43,268 nt of DNA. Origin: Bacteroidota bacterium. GTDB taxonomy: Bacteria > Bacteroidota > Bacteroidia > Flavobacteriales > Flavobacteriaceae. Both the position numbers and the translations under genes were made by a program. Below are positions 1 to 9,189 of this stretch, piece by piece. The DNA lies in contig JAEZGB010000065.1 of the NCBI GenBank assembly GCA_023437485.1, positions 1-43,268 on the forward strand, read 5' to 3'. The notes below the pieces were generated by a model. That model was not told the origin of the DNA. It made no database searches and saw only the letters and a list, made by a program, of their open reading frames with translations. The first letter of the stretch is position 1. Each line of letters starts with the position of its first letter.

Positions 1-666
1 AAGCCCAAAACTCCATTGCATCGGCAAGCCAAAAGTAAACACGGCCGATGCAGCCAGAAGCGCGCCCAGACAATGAACAAGCCGCGGGTTTGGACAAATA
101 CCTAATCGGCCCAAATATCTGTGCAACAAAGCAATGCCCCCGATCAGGAACCATCCGTTAAACTGAAAATGAAGGAAAAACTGGATCGCGACTTTATACC
201 AGGCCGATTCCTTTCCAAGGGTGGCGCCCACAACGCCCAAAGACCATGCACCAAAGGTTGAAATTACCATAAAAACAAGCGCTGTGCGAAACATCCCGCG
301 CGGCAGGAATTTCCAAACCCGTACTGCAAAAACATACGCGCAAAGGATATGAAGTGTTGAGAAAGTGATTGACGCCGGAGCATAGCCCTGCAAGGGAAAC
401 GTAACCATCATTCCAATAACCGATCCCTGGGTAACCCAAAACAAATTACCGAACCGCTGTCGCGAATCATCGGGAACAAATACAGTTACAGCCAGCCCAA
501 AAATAACCAGGTAAACCCAGCCCAGCATTGCAACATGAGAGTGCGCGTGTAAAAAGTTGGAATATTCAAACCCCAAAGGGACAAGCCGCGAAAGCCGCAA
601 CATTGACCCAAACAAGGCGGCAATCAGGAAATTTGCGAGACAGACCGCCAGCCAATTTTTGTGCAT
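1..666 (-). CDS. Multi-pass membrane protein with His motifs (NnrS/haem-copper subunit I-like), 3' end runs off the window; paralog of 14440..15684
   Basis: Not in ORF track (no stop within window). Manual translation from ATG at 666: MHKNWLAVCLANFLIAALFGSMLRL...NFLHAHSHVAMLGW...QFFLHFQFNGWFLIGG..., open to base 1; starts 8 nt after nrdG stop. Confidence 0.85.
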   Translation of the reverse strand, partial: MHKNWLAVCLANFLIAALFGSMLRLSRLVPLGFEYSNFLHAHSHVAMLGWVYLVIFGLAVTVFVPDDSRQRFGNLFWVTQGSVIGMMVTFPLQGYAPASITFSTLHILCAYVFAVRVWKFLPRGMFRTALVFMVISTFGAWSLGVVGATLGKESAWYKVAIQFFLHFQFNGWFLIGGIALLHRYLGRLGICPNPRLVHCLGALLAASAVFTFGLPMQWSFGL

Positions 667-674
667 ACTCTCGA

Positions 675-1349
675 TTAATTCCTAAAAATAACCCGAATAG
701 CCGACGTGCTCAAATCTTTTGGCGAAATTCTCATTGAGTTTTCCAGATTGCCCAATGTAGGGGTGTCATTCACAAATTGCTGGATAAAATAATCCCCGCG
801 GAAACCCGTACTTTCCAGGTAATTGACCATTTTGCGCAAATCTGCTTCCGGGATCAGTTGGGAATGGACTGTGGTGCGCACTTCAAATCGGGTGTCACTA
901 CTGAGCAGCATCCGGAGCGAATCGTCAAATTTTTTGTACAGGTCGCTCACGGTGATTTTGCGAAACGTCGCCGGCAAAGCCTTGAAATCAAGCGCGACGT
1001 AATCAACCTGGCCTGAATGGACGAGCTTCTCCAGAACCTTGGGCATTGAACCGTTGGTATCGATCTTGACTCCAAGCCCGCGCCGGCGGATTTCGCTAAC
1101 AAAATCAATTAGTCCATGGTGCAGCGTACATTCACCACCGCTCAGGACCACGCCGTCAAGCAGCCCACGCCGTTTGTCCAAAAACTTAAGCGCATCGTCA
1201 AAACCCAATTTGCCCTTGCCATCCACAATCTCAGGATTGTAACAGTAAAGGCACCGCATATTGCAGCCCGCAAACCAAAATATGCAGGCTGCCCTATCCG
1301 GATAATCCAGCATCGTGAAGGGCGTGATGCTGTAAAGCGGCCGCGCCAT
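675..1349 (-). CDS. nrdG: Anaerobic ribonucleotide reductase activating radical SAM enzyme
   Basis: CNMRCLYC (CxxxCxxC), GVVLSGGECT, KIDTNG motifs; directly downstream of nrdD. Confidence 0.93.
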   Translation of the reverse strand: MARPLYSITPFTMLDYPDRAACIFWFAGCNMRCLYCYNPEIVDGKGKLGFDDALKFLDKRRGLLDGVVLSGGECTLHHGLIDFVSEIRRRGLGVKIDTNGSMPKVLEKLVHSGQVDYVALDFKALPATFRKITVSDLYKKFDDSLRMLLSSDTRFEVRTTVHSQLIPEADLRKMVNYLESTGFRGDYFIQQFVNDTPTLGNLENSMRISPKDLSTSAIRVIFRN

Positions 1350-1510
1350 TACTTCTCGCTAAAGTGCGTGCGCTGGCGATGTTCGCCCTTTTTCCCGATG
1401 TTAAAGCTTTCAACGGGCCGGTGGTAGCCCATCACTCGGGTGTAAACAAGGCATTTGGTACGCTTTTCAGCGTTGAGTTCCAAAATTTCAGTGATCTGCA
1501 GGGTTTTCAT
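1349..1510 (-). CDS. Small (53 aa) glycyl-radical domain protein of class III RNR (separate C-terminal part of NrdD)
   Basis: MKTLQITEILELNAEKRTKCLVYTRVMGYHRPVESFNIGKKGEH...; RVMGY is the NrdD glycyl-radical loop; ATG at 1510 overlaps the nrdD 3' end by 23 nt; stop overlaps nrdG ATG (TAATG). Confidence 0.85.
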   Translation of the reverse strand: MKTLQITEILELNAEKRTKCLVYTRVMGYHRPVESFNIGKKGEHRQRTHFSEK

Positions 1511-3608
1511 ATGGTTCGGGTTTTTGGTTACTGAGAATTTCATCATCGCATTTTGGGCAATACTCGTGCTCGCCGTTCAGATAGCCGTGCACCGGGCATA
1601 CGCTGAATACCGGCGTAACGGTGATATACGGCAATTTGAAATTGGTCAGCACTTTTTTCACAAAGCTCTTGCAGGCCTGTGGTGTTGAAATTTTTTCGCG
1701 CATATAAAGATGCAGGACCGTTCCGCCGGTGTATTTGCATTGAAGCGAATCCTGGAGCATCAGGGCCTCAAATGGGTCATCGGTGTGGTCAACCGGGATC
1801 TGCGAACTGTTGGTGTAGTAAATATTCCCGTCCTGGCCTGCCTGAATGATATCGTCATAGCGCTTTTTGTCTTCCTTGGCAAAACGATAGGTGGTGCCCT
1901 CGGCGGGAGTGGCTTCCAGGTTGTACAAATTGCCTGTCTCTTCCTGGAACTGCTTCATCCGGCCGCGGATGTACTCAAGGATCTCGGAAGCAAATTCGAT
2001 TCCCGATTCGCTTGTAATGTCATTGAATCCGTACGAGAAGTTTTTAATCATCTCGTTCATTCCATTGACACCGATCGTGGAAAAATGGTTTCGGAAGTGC
2101 GGCAGGTACCGTTTTGTATACGGAAACAATCCGCGATCATACATCTCCTGAATAAAAGCGCGCTTTTTCTCCAATGTCGATTTTGCAAGGTCGATAAGTT
2201 TGTCCAGACGCGCATATAGCCCTTCGCGGTCACCCTTATACAAGTAGCCGAGCCGCGCCATGTTGATGGTAACCACGCCGATGCTTCCCGTCATCTCGGC
2301 ACTGCCAAAGAGCCCATTGCCACGTTTGAGCAATTCGCGCAAATCGAGCTGAAGCCGGCAGCACATACTTCTTACCGCGTTGGGTTTATAGGCTTCGGGA
2401 TTTTCAACGCGATTTCCGTTTTCGTCGGTAATATATTGGCTGCCGATGAAGTTCTGGAAATACGACGACCCGATTTTGGCCGTGTTCTCAAACAATAGGT
2501 CCACGTTTTCGCTCTCCCAGTCAAAATCCTCGGTAATATTTACCGTCGGGATCGGGAAAGTGAAAGGCTGCCCACCGGCATCACCTTCGGTCATGATGGT
2601 GTAATAGGCCTTGTTTATGAGGTCCATCTCCTTTTGGAAGTGTTCGTATTTGAGGTCTTCAAGAGATTGTGCGCCCCGGGCCCTTGCCTGGTTCAAAAGT
2701 TCTTCATCGGCAATCCCGCTAAAGAGATGCCTGTCATTCCGTGTGGGGATCTGATCTTTCAAATCTGAAGGTACCATCCAGTCCAGCGTAATGTTTGTAA
2801 AAGGCGATTGACCCCACCGCGCAGGCACGTTCAAGTTGTAAACAAATCCCCGAACGGCCTTTTCGATGTCGCGGTAACCCAATTTGTCTTTAAAAACATA
2901 GGGCGCCAAATAGGTGTCAAATGAACTGAAGGCCTGGGCGCCTGCCCATTCGCTTTGCAAAATGCCCAGGAAATTGGCCATCTGGCCCAGGGCTTCGCGA
3001 AAGTGTGACGGGGGTCGGCTCTCCACCCGGCCGCGCACGCCGTTGAAGCCTTCGTTCAGCAAAACACGCAGGCTCCATCCGGCGCAGTAGCCTGTCAGGC
3101 AATCCAGGTCATGTATGTGCAGGTCGCCGTTGCGGTGCGCATAGCCTTCTTCCTTGGAATATATTTTGTCCAGCCAATAGTTCGCGATAATCTTGCCCGC
3201 AGTGTTGTTCACCAGCCCCGCATTGGAATAGGAAGTGTTGGCATTGGCATTGATGCGCCAGTCAGTTTGCCCGATGTACTCCTCAATGGTTTGCGTGCTG
3301 TTGACATAGGTGGTATCGTCATTAAGGCCATTGACGTGCTCGCGCTGCAATTTCCGGGTGTGCCTGTAAAGCATAAAGGAACGCATGACGCTAAAATGGC
3401 CCCAGTGGTACAAGGCTTTTTCAATGATGTCCTGGATTTCTTCGACTGCCCAGGTTTCCTTATCGCCCAACGCATCAAGCACTGCGATAAAAACATCGCG
3501 GTCCGTTGGCAGGGAAACGCTCGCAAATGCCTTGCTTATTGCCTCTTCGATCTTGAAAGCCTCAAAAGGATGATAGGCTCCGCTTCGCTTGATTACGTAC
3601 TTTTCCAT
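1488..3608 (-). CDS. nrdD: Class III (anaerobic) ribonucleoside-triphosphate reductase, large part (ATP cone + barrel + Zn ribbon)
   Basis: N-terminal ATP cone (VIKRSG), HIHDLD, YCAGWS, SMCCRL, EATPAE, YTGGT, CPVHG..CPKC; lacks the terminal RxxGY loop. Confidence 0.93.
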   Translation of the reverse strand: MEKYVIKRSGAYHPFEAFKIEEAISKAFASVSLPTDRDVFIAVLDALGDKETWAVEEIQDIIEKALYHWGHFSVMRSFMLYRHTRKLQREHVNGLNDDTTYVNSTQTIEEYIGQTDWRINANANTSYSNAGLVNNTAGKIIANYWLDKIYSKEEGYAHRNGDLHIHDLDCLTGYCAGWSLRVLLNEGFNGVRGRVESRPPSHFREALGQMANFLGILQSEWAGAQAFSSFDTYLAPYVFKDKLGYRDIEKAVRGFVYNLNVPARWGQSPFTNITLDWMVPSDLKDQIPTRNDRHLFSGIADEELLNQARARGAQSLEDLKYEHFQKEMDLINKAYYTIMTEGDAGGQPFTFPIPTVNITEDFDWESENVDLLFENTAKIGSSYFQNFIGSQYITDENGNRVENPEAYKPNAVRSMCCRLQLDLRELLKRGNGLFGSAEMTGSIGVVTINMARLGYLYKGDREGLYARLDKLIDLAKSTLEKKRAFIQEMYDRGLFPYTKRYLPHFRNHFSTIGVNGMNEMIKNFSYGFNDITSESGIEFASEILEYIRGRMKQFQEETGNLYNLEATPAEGTTYRFAKEDKKRYDDIIQAGQDGNIYYTNSSQIPVDHTDDPFEALMLQDSLQCKYTGGTVLHLYMREKISTPQACKSFVKKVLTNFKLPYITVTPVFSVCPVHGYLNGEHEYCPKCDDEILSNQKPEPYENPADH

Positions 3609-3613
3609 GGCTT

Positions 3614-4336
3614 TTACATTTGGAATGATGCCTCCATGGCAATGGCACGTGGAAAAAGGATATTGTTTTCCAGGTGGATGTGCGTGTGCAGGTCCTGTTC
3701 AAAATCGGCCAGCATCGCAAAAGTTACCCGATAGGTGCTGCAGGCGTCGGCGGGAGGGTTGTACCCGTCAGTCAGCCTGGCAATTTCTTCAAAGCGCTCG
3801 CCCTCGGTGGTGTGCTCGTCCTTCATCATGGCCACCGGATTCTCAACGGTTCCAAAATGCGGGCGCTCAATAGCCGACCCTTCTCTTTTGGCCTTGTCCA
3901 TTTTTTTTATGAAGGGGAACAGGATCAACTCTTCTTTTTTCATGTGCGCGGCAAGTTCCCCGGCCGATGCGTGGAAAAGCTCATAAATGTTGAAGAGTTC
4001 CGGATGACGCTCCCCGTGCACCTTGCAAAGTTTGCTCAGGTATTGCAGGATTACCGGAGATTTTTCCTCGATATAACGGTGGTGCTTTTTCTCAATATAG
4101 TCAATGAGTAAATCTGACGGCCATGAAAGATAATCGGTGGCCGCTGCCGATGCCTGTGCAGCATTGGCGAGTTCGCGGGTCAGGTCATCAATTGAAACAT
4201 TTTTTTTCTCGCAAACTTCATCAAGCGTGCGGTGTCCTTTGCAGCAAAAATCGATGCCGTATTTGGAAAATACTGCCGCTGTCCTAAAGTCTTCGGCTAC
4301 AATTTCCCCGATGGTGGTTTTGGTATCTACTGTCAT
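3614..4336 (-). CDS. ric: Iron-sulfur cluster repair di-iron protein (Ric/YtfE/ScdA)
   Basis: IDFCCKG N-terminal ScdA domain; HHRY, HMKKEE, EH, HIHLENNILFP hemerythrin ligands. Confidence 0.95.
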   Translation of the reverse strand: MTVDTKTTIGEIVAEDFRTAAVFSKYGIDFCCKGHRTLDEVCEKKNVSIDDLTRELANAAQASAAATDYLSWPSDLLIDYIEKKHHRYIEEKSPVILQYLSKLCKVHGERHPELFNIYELFHASAGELAAHMKKEELILFPFIKKMDKAKREGSAIERPHFGTVENPVAMMKDEHTTEGERFEEIARLTDGYNPPADACSTYRVTFAMLADFEQDLHTHIHLENNILFPRAIAMEASFQM

Positions 4337-5841
4337 TTTGTTTGTGTATTAAAAATTAAATTATTGGATTTTGAATGTTCTATTACAAGTTTCGCGACCT
4401 CGAGCATGTTGAGCGTCTCAATCATAAAGGGGCTCATATCACCTGATGTGTACATCATGCCCGCAAGTTCCATCAGCATATCCAGTTCGTCTTCGGCACG
4501 TTCCAAAAGCCCGCCGGCCCGAAAGGTTTCCATGACAATGCGTAAGCTTGACCGGATATCGACAATTTGTTGCGCCTCCTTTACCACCGGGCCCGGGATT
4601 GATTTGTTGATGTAAATTTTGCGGGAGTGTGAGATCGAGTCAATCATGCCGAGGATCTTCGCCGCGGCCTGGTGTGCGAAAACCGCTGCCTCAAGCAGTG
4701 AATTTGATGCAAGCCTGTTGCTCCCGTGCAAACCGGTGCTTGCGCATTCGCCAATGGCAAAAAGCCCGTTTACAGAAGTTTGGCCATATTTGTTGGTCGC
4801 GATCCCCCCGCACTGGTAATGCGCCACAGGAACTATGGGGATAAGTTGCTTTGTGGCATCGATTCCCTTTGATTTGAGCGTCTGCACAATGTGGGTAAAG
4901 TTTTCCTGCAATTCGGCAGGATCAAGATGGCGGCAGTCCAGGTAAACATGTTTCTTGCCGGTTTTTGCGAGTTCCTCACTGATGGCGCGGGAAATTACGT
5001 CACGCGTGGCAAGTTCGCCGCGCAAATCATATTTAAAAAGGAACCGCTTGCAGTCATGATTGACAATGTGCGCGCCAAATCCCCTTAGCGCTTCCGAAAG
5101 CAAAAAGCAAGGGTTTTTGCCCGGTTCATACATGGCCGTCGGATGGTACTGCACAAAATTCATGTCACGGATCTCGGCACCCGCGCGGGTTGCAATGGCG
5201 ATGCCGTCCCCGGTAGCCACCTCAGGGTTGGTGGTGTTGCCAAAAATCTGCCCGCTTCCGCCGGTACACAAAAAAGTTGCTTTTGCGCGGATGTACTTCA
5301 CCAGGCCTTTATCGTCAAAATAAAACGCGCCAACACAACGGTTGCGGTCATCGGCATCTACCAGCAAATCAATTACAAAATGGTTTTCCAGCAGGCTGAT
5401 GTTAGATAGCGCGTTTACCGCCACAAGCAATGCGTTCTCAATTTCACTGCCGGTCATGTCCCGGTGGTGCAGCACCCGAGGGCGCGAATGCCCGCCTTCA
5501 AGCGCGAGGTGAAAACCATCGGCGCCGGTGTCAAACATCACCCCGAGTTCTATGAGTTCACGAAGCCTTTCAGGGGCCTGGCGCACCACCATTTGAACGA
5601 TTTCCGGATCGCACGCCTCACCGCCGGCCTTTAGCGTATCGGCAATATGCCGGTCAAAACTGTCATTGAGCTTGTCTATCACCACTGCTATTCCGCCCTG
5701 CGCAAACTGCGTGCTGGTGGCCTGGGCCCTCGCTTTGGTCATGATGGTTATGTTGAGGTCGGGCCGCTTTTTGGCGATTTTGATGGCTAATGAAAGCCCC
5801 GCGATTCCGGTTCCGACGATCAAAATATCAGTCTTTGTCAT
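4333..5841 (-). CDS. nadB: L-aspartate oxidase
   Basis: GTGIAGL FAD motif, AQGGIA, EGGHS..RVLH, QYHPT, SEALRG, ELATRDV, HYQCGG, GLHGSNRLASNSLLE; adjacent to nadA. Confidence 0.9.
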   Translation of the reverse strand: MTKTDILIVGTGIAGLSLAIKIAKKRPDLNITIMTKARAQATSTQFAQGGIAVVIDKLNDSFDRHIADTLKAGGEACDPEIVQMVVRQAPERLRELIELGVMFDTGADGFHLALEGGHSRPRVLHHRDMTGSEIENALLVAVNALSNISLLENHFVIDLLVDADDRNRCVGAFYFDDKGLVKYIRAKATFLCTGGSGQIFGNTTNPEVATGDGIAIATRAGAEIRDMNFVQYHPTAMYEPGKNPCFLLSEALRGFGAHIVNHDCKRFLFKYDLRGELATRDVISRAISEELAKTGKKHVYLDCRHLDPAELQENFTHIVQTLKSKGIDATKQLIPIVPVAHYQCGGIATNKYGQTSVNGLFAIGECASTGLHGSNRLASNSLLEAAVFAHQAAAKILGMIDSISHSRKIYINKSIPGPVVKEAQQIVDIRSSLRIVMETFRAGGLLERAEDELDMLMELAGMMYTSGDMSPFMIETLNMLEVAKLVIEHSKSNNLIFNTQTK

Positions 5842-5852
5842 TGTTGTAGGTT

Positions 5853-6821
5853 TTATGAAAGTTCCAGCATCCGCTCAATTGGGATCAGCGCTTTTTGCCG
5901 CAAATTTTCGGGTAGGGTGATTTCGGGCGATTCGTTTTTCAGGCACAGATAAAGTTTTTGCAGCGTATTGAGTTTCATGAACGCACATTCGCTGCAGGCG
6001 CAGGTGTTATCATCAAATGATGGCGCCGCGATGAGTGTCTTGCCCGGGGCTTCGTTTGACATTTTGTGCAGTATCCCGGCTTCGGTGGCCACGATGAAAG
6101 TCGATGCACTGCTGTTTTTGATAAAGTTCAGCATCCCCGACGTTGACCCGATGTAATGCGCGGTTTCCAAAATATGGCTCTCCGATTCAGGGTGTGCCAC
6201 AATCAGCGCTCCCGGATGTTTTTTATACAGGTCCAACAGCTTGTCCAATGAAAAAGCCTCGTGAACCACACAGGATCCGTCCCATAGCAACAGGTCCCGG
6301 CCCGTCACTTTTTGCAAATACCGCCCAAGGTTGCGGTCAGGGGCAAACAAAATAGGCTGGCCTTTAGGAAAGGACTCGATGATTTTTTGCGCGTTTGACG
6401 ATGTGCAGACAATATCGCTCATGGTCTTGATTTCGGCCGAGCAATTGATATACGTGACTACCTTGTGATTGGGATAGCGGTCTTTCAACGCCTGGAAATC
6501 CTCGGGCAGGCATCCATCGGCCAGTGAACAGCCGGCATTCAGGTCCGGCAGCAGTACTTTCTTGGACGGGTTCAGGATCTTGGCAGTTTCGGCCATGAAG
6601 CGAACCCCGGCAAACACGATCACATCGGCAGTGGTCCGAGCCGCCATTTTAGATAACTCGAGGCTGTCGCCAATAAAGTCGGCCACTTCCTGAATATCGG
6701 GTGTCTGGTAATAATGAGCCAGGATCACCGCGTTTTTTTGCCTGCGCAACTGGTCAATCATTTCAACCAGGCTGGCTTTGTGAGCCGTGCTGGCCCGTGT
6801 CAATGCATCTTCCTTTATCAT
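5853..6821 (-). CDS. nadA: Quinolinate synthase
   Basis: ILAHYYQ, GDSLELS, FMAETAK, AGCSLA, YINCSA, SCVVHE, AHPE, CAFMK motifs. Confidence 0.96.
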   Translation of the reverse strand: MIKEDALTRASTAHKASLVEMIDQLRRQKNAVILAHYYQTPDIQEVADFIGDSLELSKMAARTTADVIVFAGVRFMAETAKILNPSKKVLLPDLNAGCSLADGCLPEDFQALKDRYPNHKVVTYINCSAEIKTMSDIVCTSSNAQKIIESFPKGQPILFAPDRNLGRYLQKVTGRDLLLWDGSCVVHEAFSLDKLLDLYKKHPGALIVAHPESESHILETAHYIGSTSGMLNFIKNSSASTFIVATEAGILHKMSNEAPGKTLIAAPSFDDNTCACSECAFMKLNTLQKLYLCLKNESPEITLPENLRQKALIPIERMLELS

Positions 6822-6855
6822 GTTGTAAAATTACCGCGTTCATTCCAAGCCATTT

Positions 6856-6869
6856 ATGACCGTAGTCAT
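6856..6869. promoter_or_regulatory. Crp/Fnr-type palindromic box upstream of nadA operon
   Basis: ATGACCGTAGTCAT; 22 nt from -7-like element TAATTTTA (minus strand 6833-6826). Confidence 0.75.
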
Positions 6870-6889
6870 AGAGGCTGTTTTTTGTGATT

Positions 6890-8671
6890 TCAGATGGCGG
6901 CTTCCTCCTGTCCAACCTCCTGAATTTGCTTTATTAAGCTTTCCAAACCGTCGAGGGATGAATCTTTCCGCCCGCGAAAAACATCTTCCCCGGAAAACAG
7001 TTCCCGGTAATAAGAGGCCCCGGCCAGCAGATTATTCCGCATCTTTTCAATAGCGGAGTCAGGTGCCCCGGCCGCAATCTGCGCTTTTAAGTACTTAACA
7101 TACAGCCCGAGCTCCTTTACAAACATATTGGGTCGGTCCACCGTTAGCACCGATTGCGTGCCATAGATATGACCGATCATTTCCCGCAGGGAGTATTGCC
7201 TGTCAAAATAGGCGATATTCGGGCCCGGGCACACCACCACCGATTGGTCACCCTTGACCCTGATGCCGTTTTCCAACAGTGCCGAATTCGAGAGCCCCAC
7301 GCACAGGCAGGATTTTTCCAAAACCGTTTCACGCATCTGATTTTTGGCGGATGGGTCCAGCGCGGGGTTATCGGCAATTTCAATGAGCTTGCGCTTTTGG
7401 TATTTGCGCGACGCGGTGCAGATCCCCTCATCGCCGTATTCCTTACTGAGCGCCAGGAATTTTTTGGGGCAGGAACTTCCGGGTTTTTCGCGCTCAATGC
7501 GGCTGCGGCGCAAAGCCTCGTGCGTGGTGCCGCGAACCGTGTTGAAGGGAACGCCCAACGGCGAAATATTGCTGGTATAAAGGTCCTGCTCGCGCGCCTG
7601 GGCCAGCAATTGAACTGTCGCCGGATCTACTGAGGCCGCCTCGGGGACCAGCAAAAACGGCGACCCCCATCCCACCGAATCTACTTTGTAGCGGCTTAGT
7701 AGGAACTGGTGTTCTTCGGCCGTGCCAACCCCTCCCTGTACGGTAATTTTCATTCTCATTGGGTGCGGGGGAACCGGCATTTGCTTTTCAGCAAGGGATT
7801 TGACCAAGAGGTCATGCATCATCTGGGCGAGGCTTTCGCGTTTGGATTTGAATTCTTCCAGGATGGGCCCCAGCAAATGGCCGTCGGTGGCAAAAGCGTG
7901 GCCGCCGCAATTGAGCCCTGATTCAATCCGGAACTCTGACACCCAAAGGCCTTTTTTGGCCAAAAAGCAACCCTGTACCTGGGCCGACCGATAATCGCTG
8001 ACCTTAATTGCAATTTTCTTTTTCAGATTGAACATCAGGTCAGGAAAAAAATCCGGAAAGCTTTCCATATAACTGTACAACCGCGGATGCATCCCCGCCG
8101 AGAGCACCAATGTTGACGAAAGCCCACTGTTTGCAAAACCCCGTAACGCCGCGTGAGCATCGTTAAATAATATGGGTAGGGCGCCGTCCTTTCCGTGGTT
8201 TTCCCTGTCAACTTTGGTCATGATGTTCACGTCAATAGAACCCGGTACCAGATGCCTGGCAAGAAAATCCGACAGCGTGCTTTGCAGGCCTTTACCTCCC
8301 GCCAGCAGGAGTTCCAACCGGGTTCGGAAGTCAGATTTGGAGGGGAGCGTTGTCAGAAAATTATCAATAGCGGCGCGGCTGGAAAGCAGTTCAGTTTTGA
8401 AGTCATCGCATTTCTTTTTTACGATTTGATCCACCAAGTCCAGGAATTGAGTGATGCGCATTGCGCGGTAATCAGGTTCGGTGGTTGGGATTTCCTGGTG
8501 CGGGTACCCAAACTTGCGGCTGTAAAAAAGCCTGATTTTTTCCAGTAGGTCATCATCCATGATGGATATTACCGAGGAAATTCCGTAATGCGCCACCCGG
8601 ATGGGCGAATCTACCGTAAAGGCAAGCCCCATAACGGGAATGTGAAAGGTGTGAAGTGAGTTGGAATCCAT
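6890..8671 (-). CDS. Uncharacterised FMN TIM-barrel protein of nitronate monooxygenase/FabK/FabX-like type with Cys-rich C-terminal region
   Basis: IESGLNCGGHAF resembles the NMO-family E..AGGH motif; ITVQGGVGT...VGWGSPFLLVPEA resembles AAGGI...VQMGTRF..T.E; Cys in SCPKK, ICTAS, SCLC, VCPG. Start moved to ATG 8671 (MDSNSLHTFHIPVMG) because the GTG at 8698 lies within the promoter. Confidence 0.6.
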   Translation of the reverse strand: MDSNSLHTFHIPVMGLAFTVDSPIRVAHYGISSVISIMDDDLLEKIRLFYSRKFGYPHQEIPTTEPDYRAMRITQFLDLVDQIVKKKCDDFKTELLSSRAAIDNFLTTLPSKSDFRTRLELLLAGGKGLQSTLSDFLARHLVPGSIDVNIMTKVDRENHGKDGALPILFNDAHAALRGFANSGLSSTLVLSAGMHPRLYSYMESFPDFFPDLMFNLKKKIAIKVSDYRSAQVQGCFLAKKGLWVSEFRIESGLNCGGHAFATDGHLLGPILEEFKSKRESLAQMMHDLLVKSLAEKQMPVPPHPMRMKITVQGGVGTAEEHQFLLSRYKVDSVGWGSPFLLVPEAASVDPATVQLLAQAREQDLYTSNISPLGVPFNTVRGTTHEALRRSRIEREKPGSSCPKKFLALSKEYGDEGICTASRKYQKRKLIEIADNPALDPSAKNQMRETVLEKSCLCVGLSNSALLENGIRVKGDQSVVVCPGPNIAYFDRQYSLREMIGHIYGTQSVLTVDRPNMFVKELGLYVKYLKAQIAAGAPDSAIEKMRNNLLAGASYYRELFSGEDVFRGRKDSSLDGLESLIKQIQEVGQEEAAI

Positions 8672-8717
8672 ATTATAATTAAAGCCGTAAAGGTTCACCT
8701 CTTTTGAATTTTAAAAG

Positions 8718-8731
8718 ATGATTTGAATCAT
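8718..8731. promoter_or_regulatory. Crp/Fnr-type box shared by divergent promoters (593-aa gene / norC-like)
   Basis: ATGATTTGAATCAT; 22 nt to TAAGTTTG (+, 8754-8761) and 22 nt to AACCTTTA (-, 8695-8688). Confidence 0.8.
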
Positions 8732-8766
8732 ATGCAGACCTTTTGATTTGGGATAAGTTTGCTTCC

Positions 8767-9189
8767 ATGCAAAATTCCACACTCGTCTACCTGACTGTTT
8801 TGTGCGCTTTGACCATTGGTTTTGCGTACCACAATTATTCGGTCTATACGGGATCGCCGGGGAAAGAACTTTCGGCGCCGGCCCGTGCCGGACAGCAACT
8901 TTGGCAACAGCACAATTGCGCTTCCTGCCACCAGCTTTATGGACTGGGAGGTTACCTGGGCCCTGACCTGACAAACGCGGCCTCGGCTCCCGGGAAAGGC
9001 CCCGAGTACATCAGCGCGATGCTTAACGCGGGGCCTGGAAGCATGCCGGTGTTTAACTTCACACCCGCCGAAAAGCAGGCTATGGTGGCTTATTTGGCCG
9101 AGGTAGACCAAACGGGCTATTTTCCTGACCATCAGGCTACCCTCAGATCTGACGGCTGGGTCCAAATACGTTATAAAGATGAAAATTAA
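8767..9189 (+). CDS. NorC-like membrane-anchored monohaem cytochrome c
   Basis: N-terminal TM helix; GQQLWQQHNCASCHQLYGLGGYLGPDLTN parallels NorC; distal Met in GSMP; overlaps next gene. ATG 8767 preferred to TTG 8743. Confidence 0.8.
   Translation: MQNSTLVYLTVLCALTIGFAYHNYSVYTGSPGKELSAPARAGQQLWQQHNCASCHQLYGLGGYLGPDLTNAASAPGKGPEYISAMLNAGPGSMPVFNFTPAEKQAMVAYLAEVDQTGYFPDHQATLRSDGWVQIRYKDEN

Noticed and set aside
194..737. Track ORFs 194..439 (-) and 528..737 (+)
   Set aside because: Overlap the real minus-strand membrane protein gene starting at 666
1349..3608. nrdD as a frameshifted pseudogene or -1 programmed frameshift
   Set aside because: All motifs intact; the small ORF has its own ATG and is coupled to nrdG; the frame relation is +1, not -1 (a sequencing error cannot be fully excluded)
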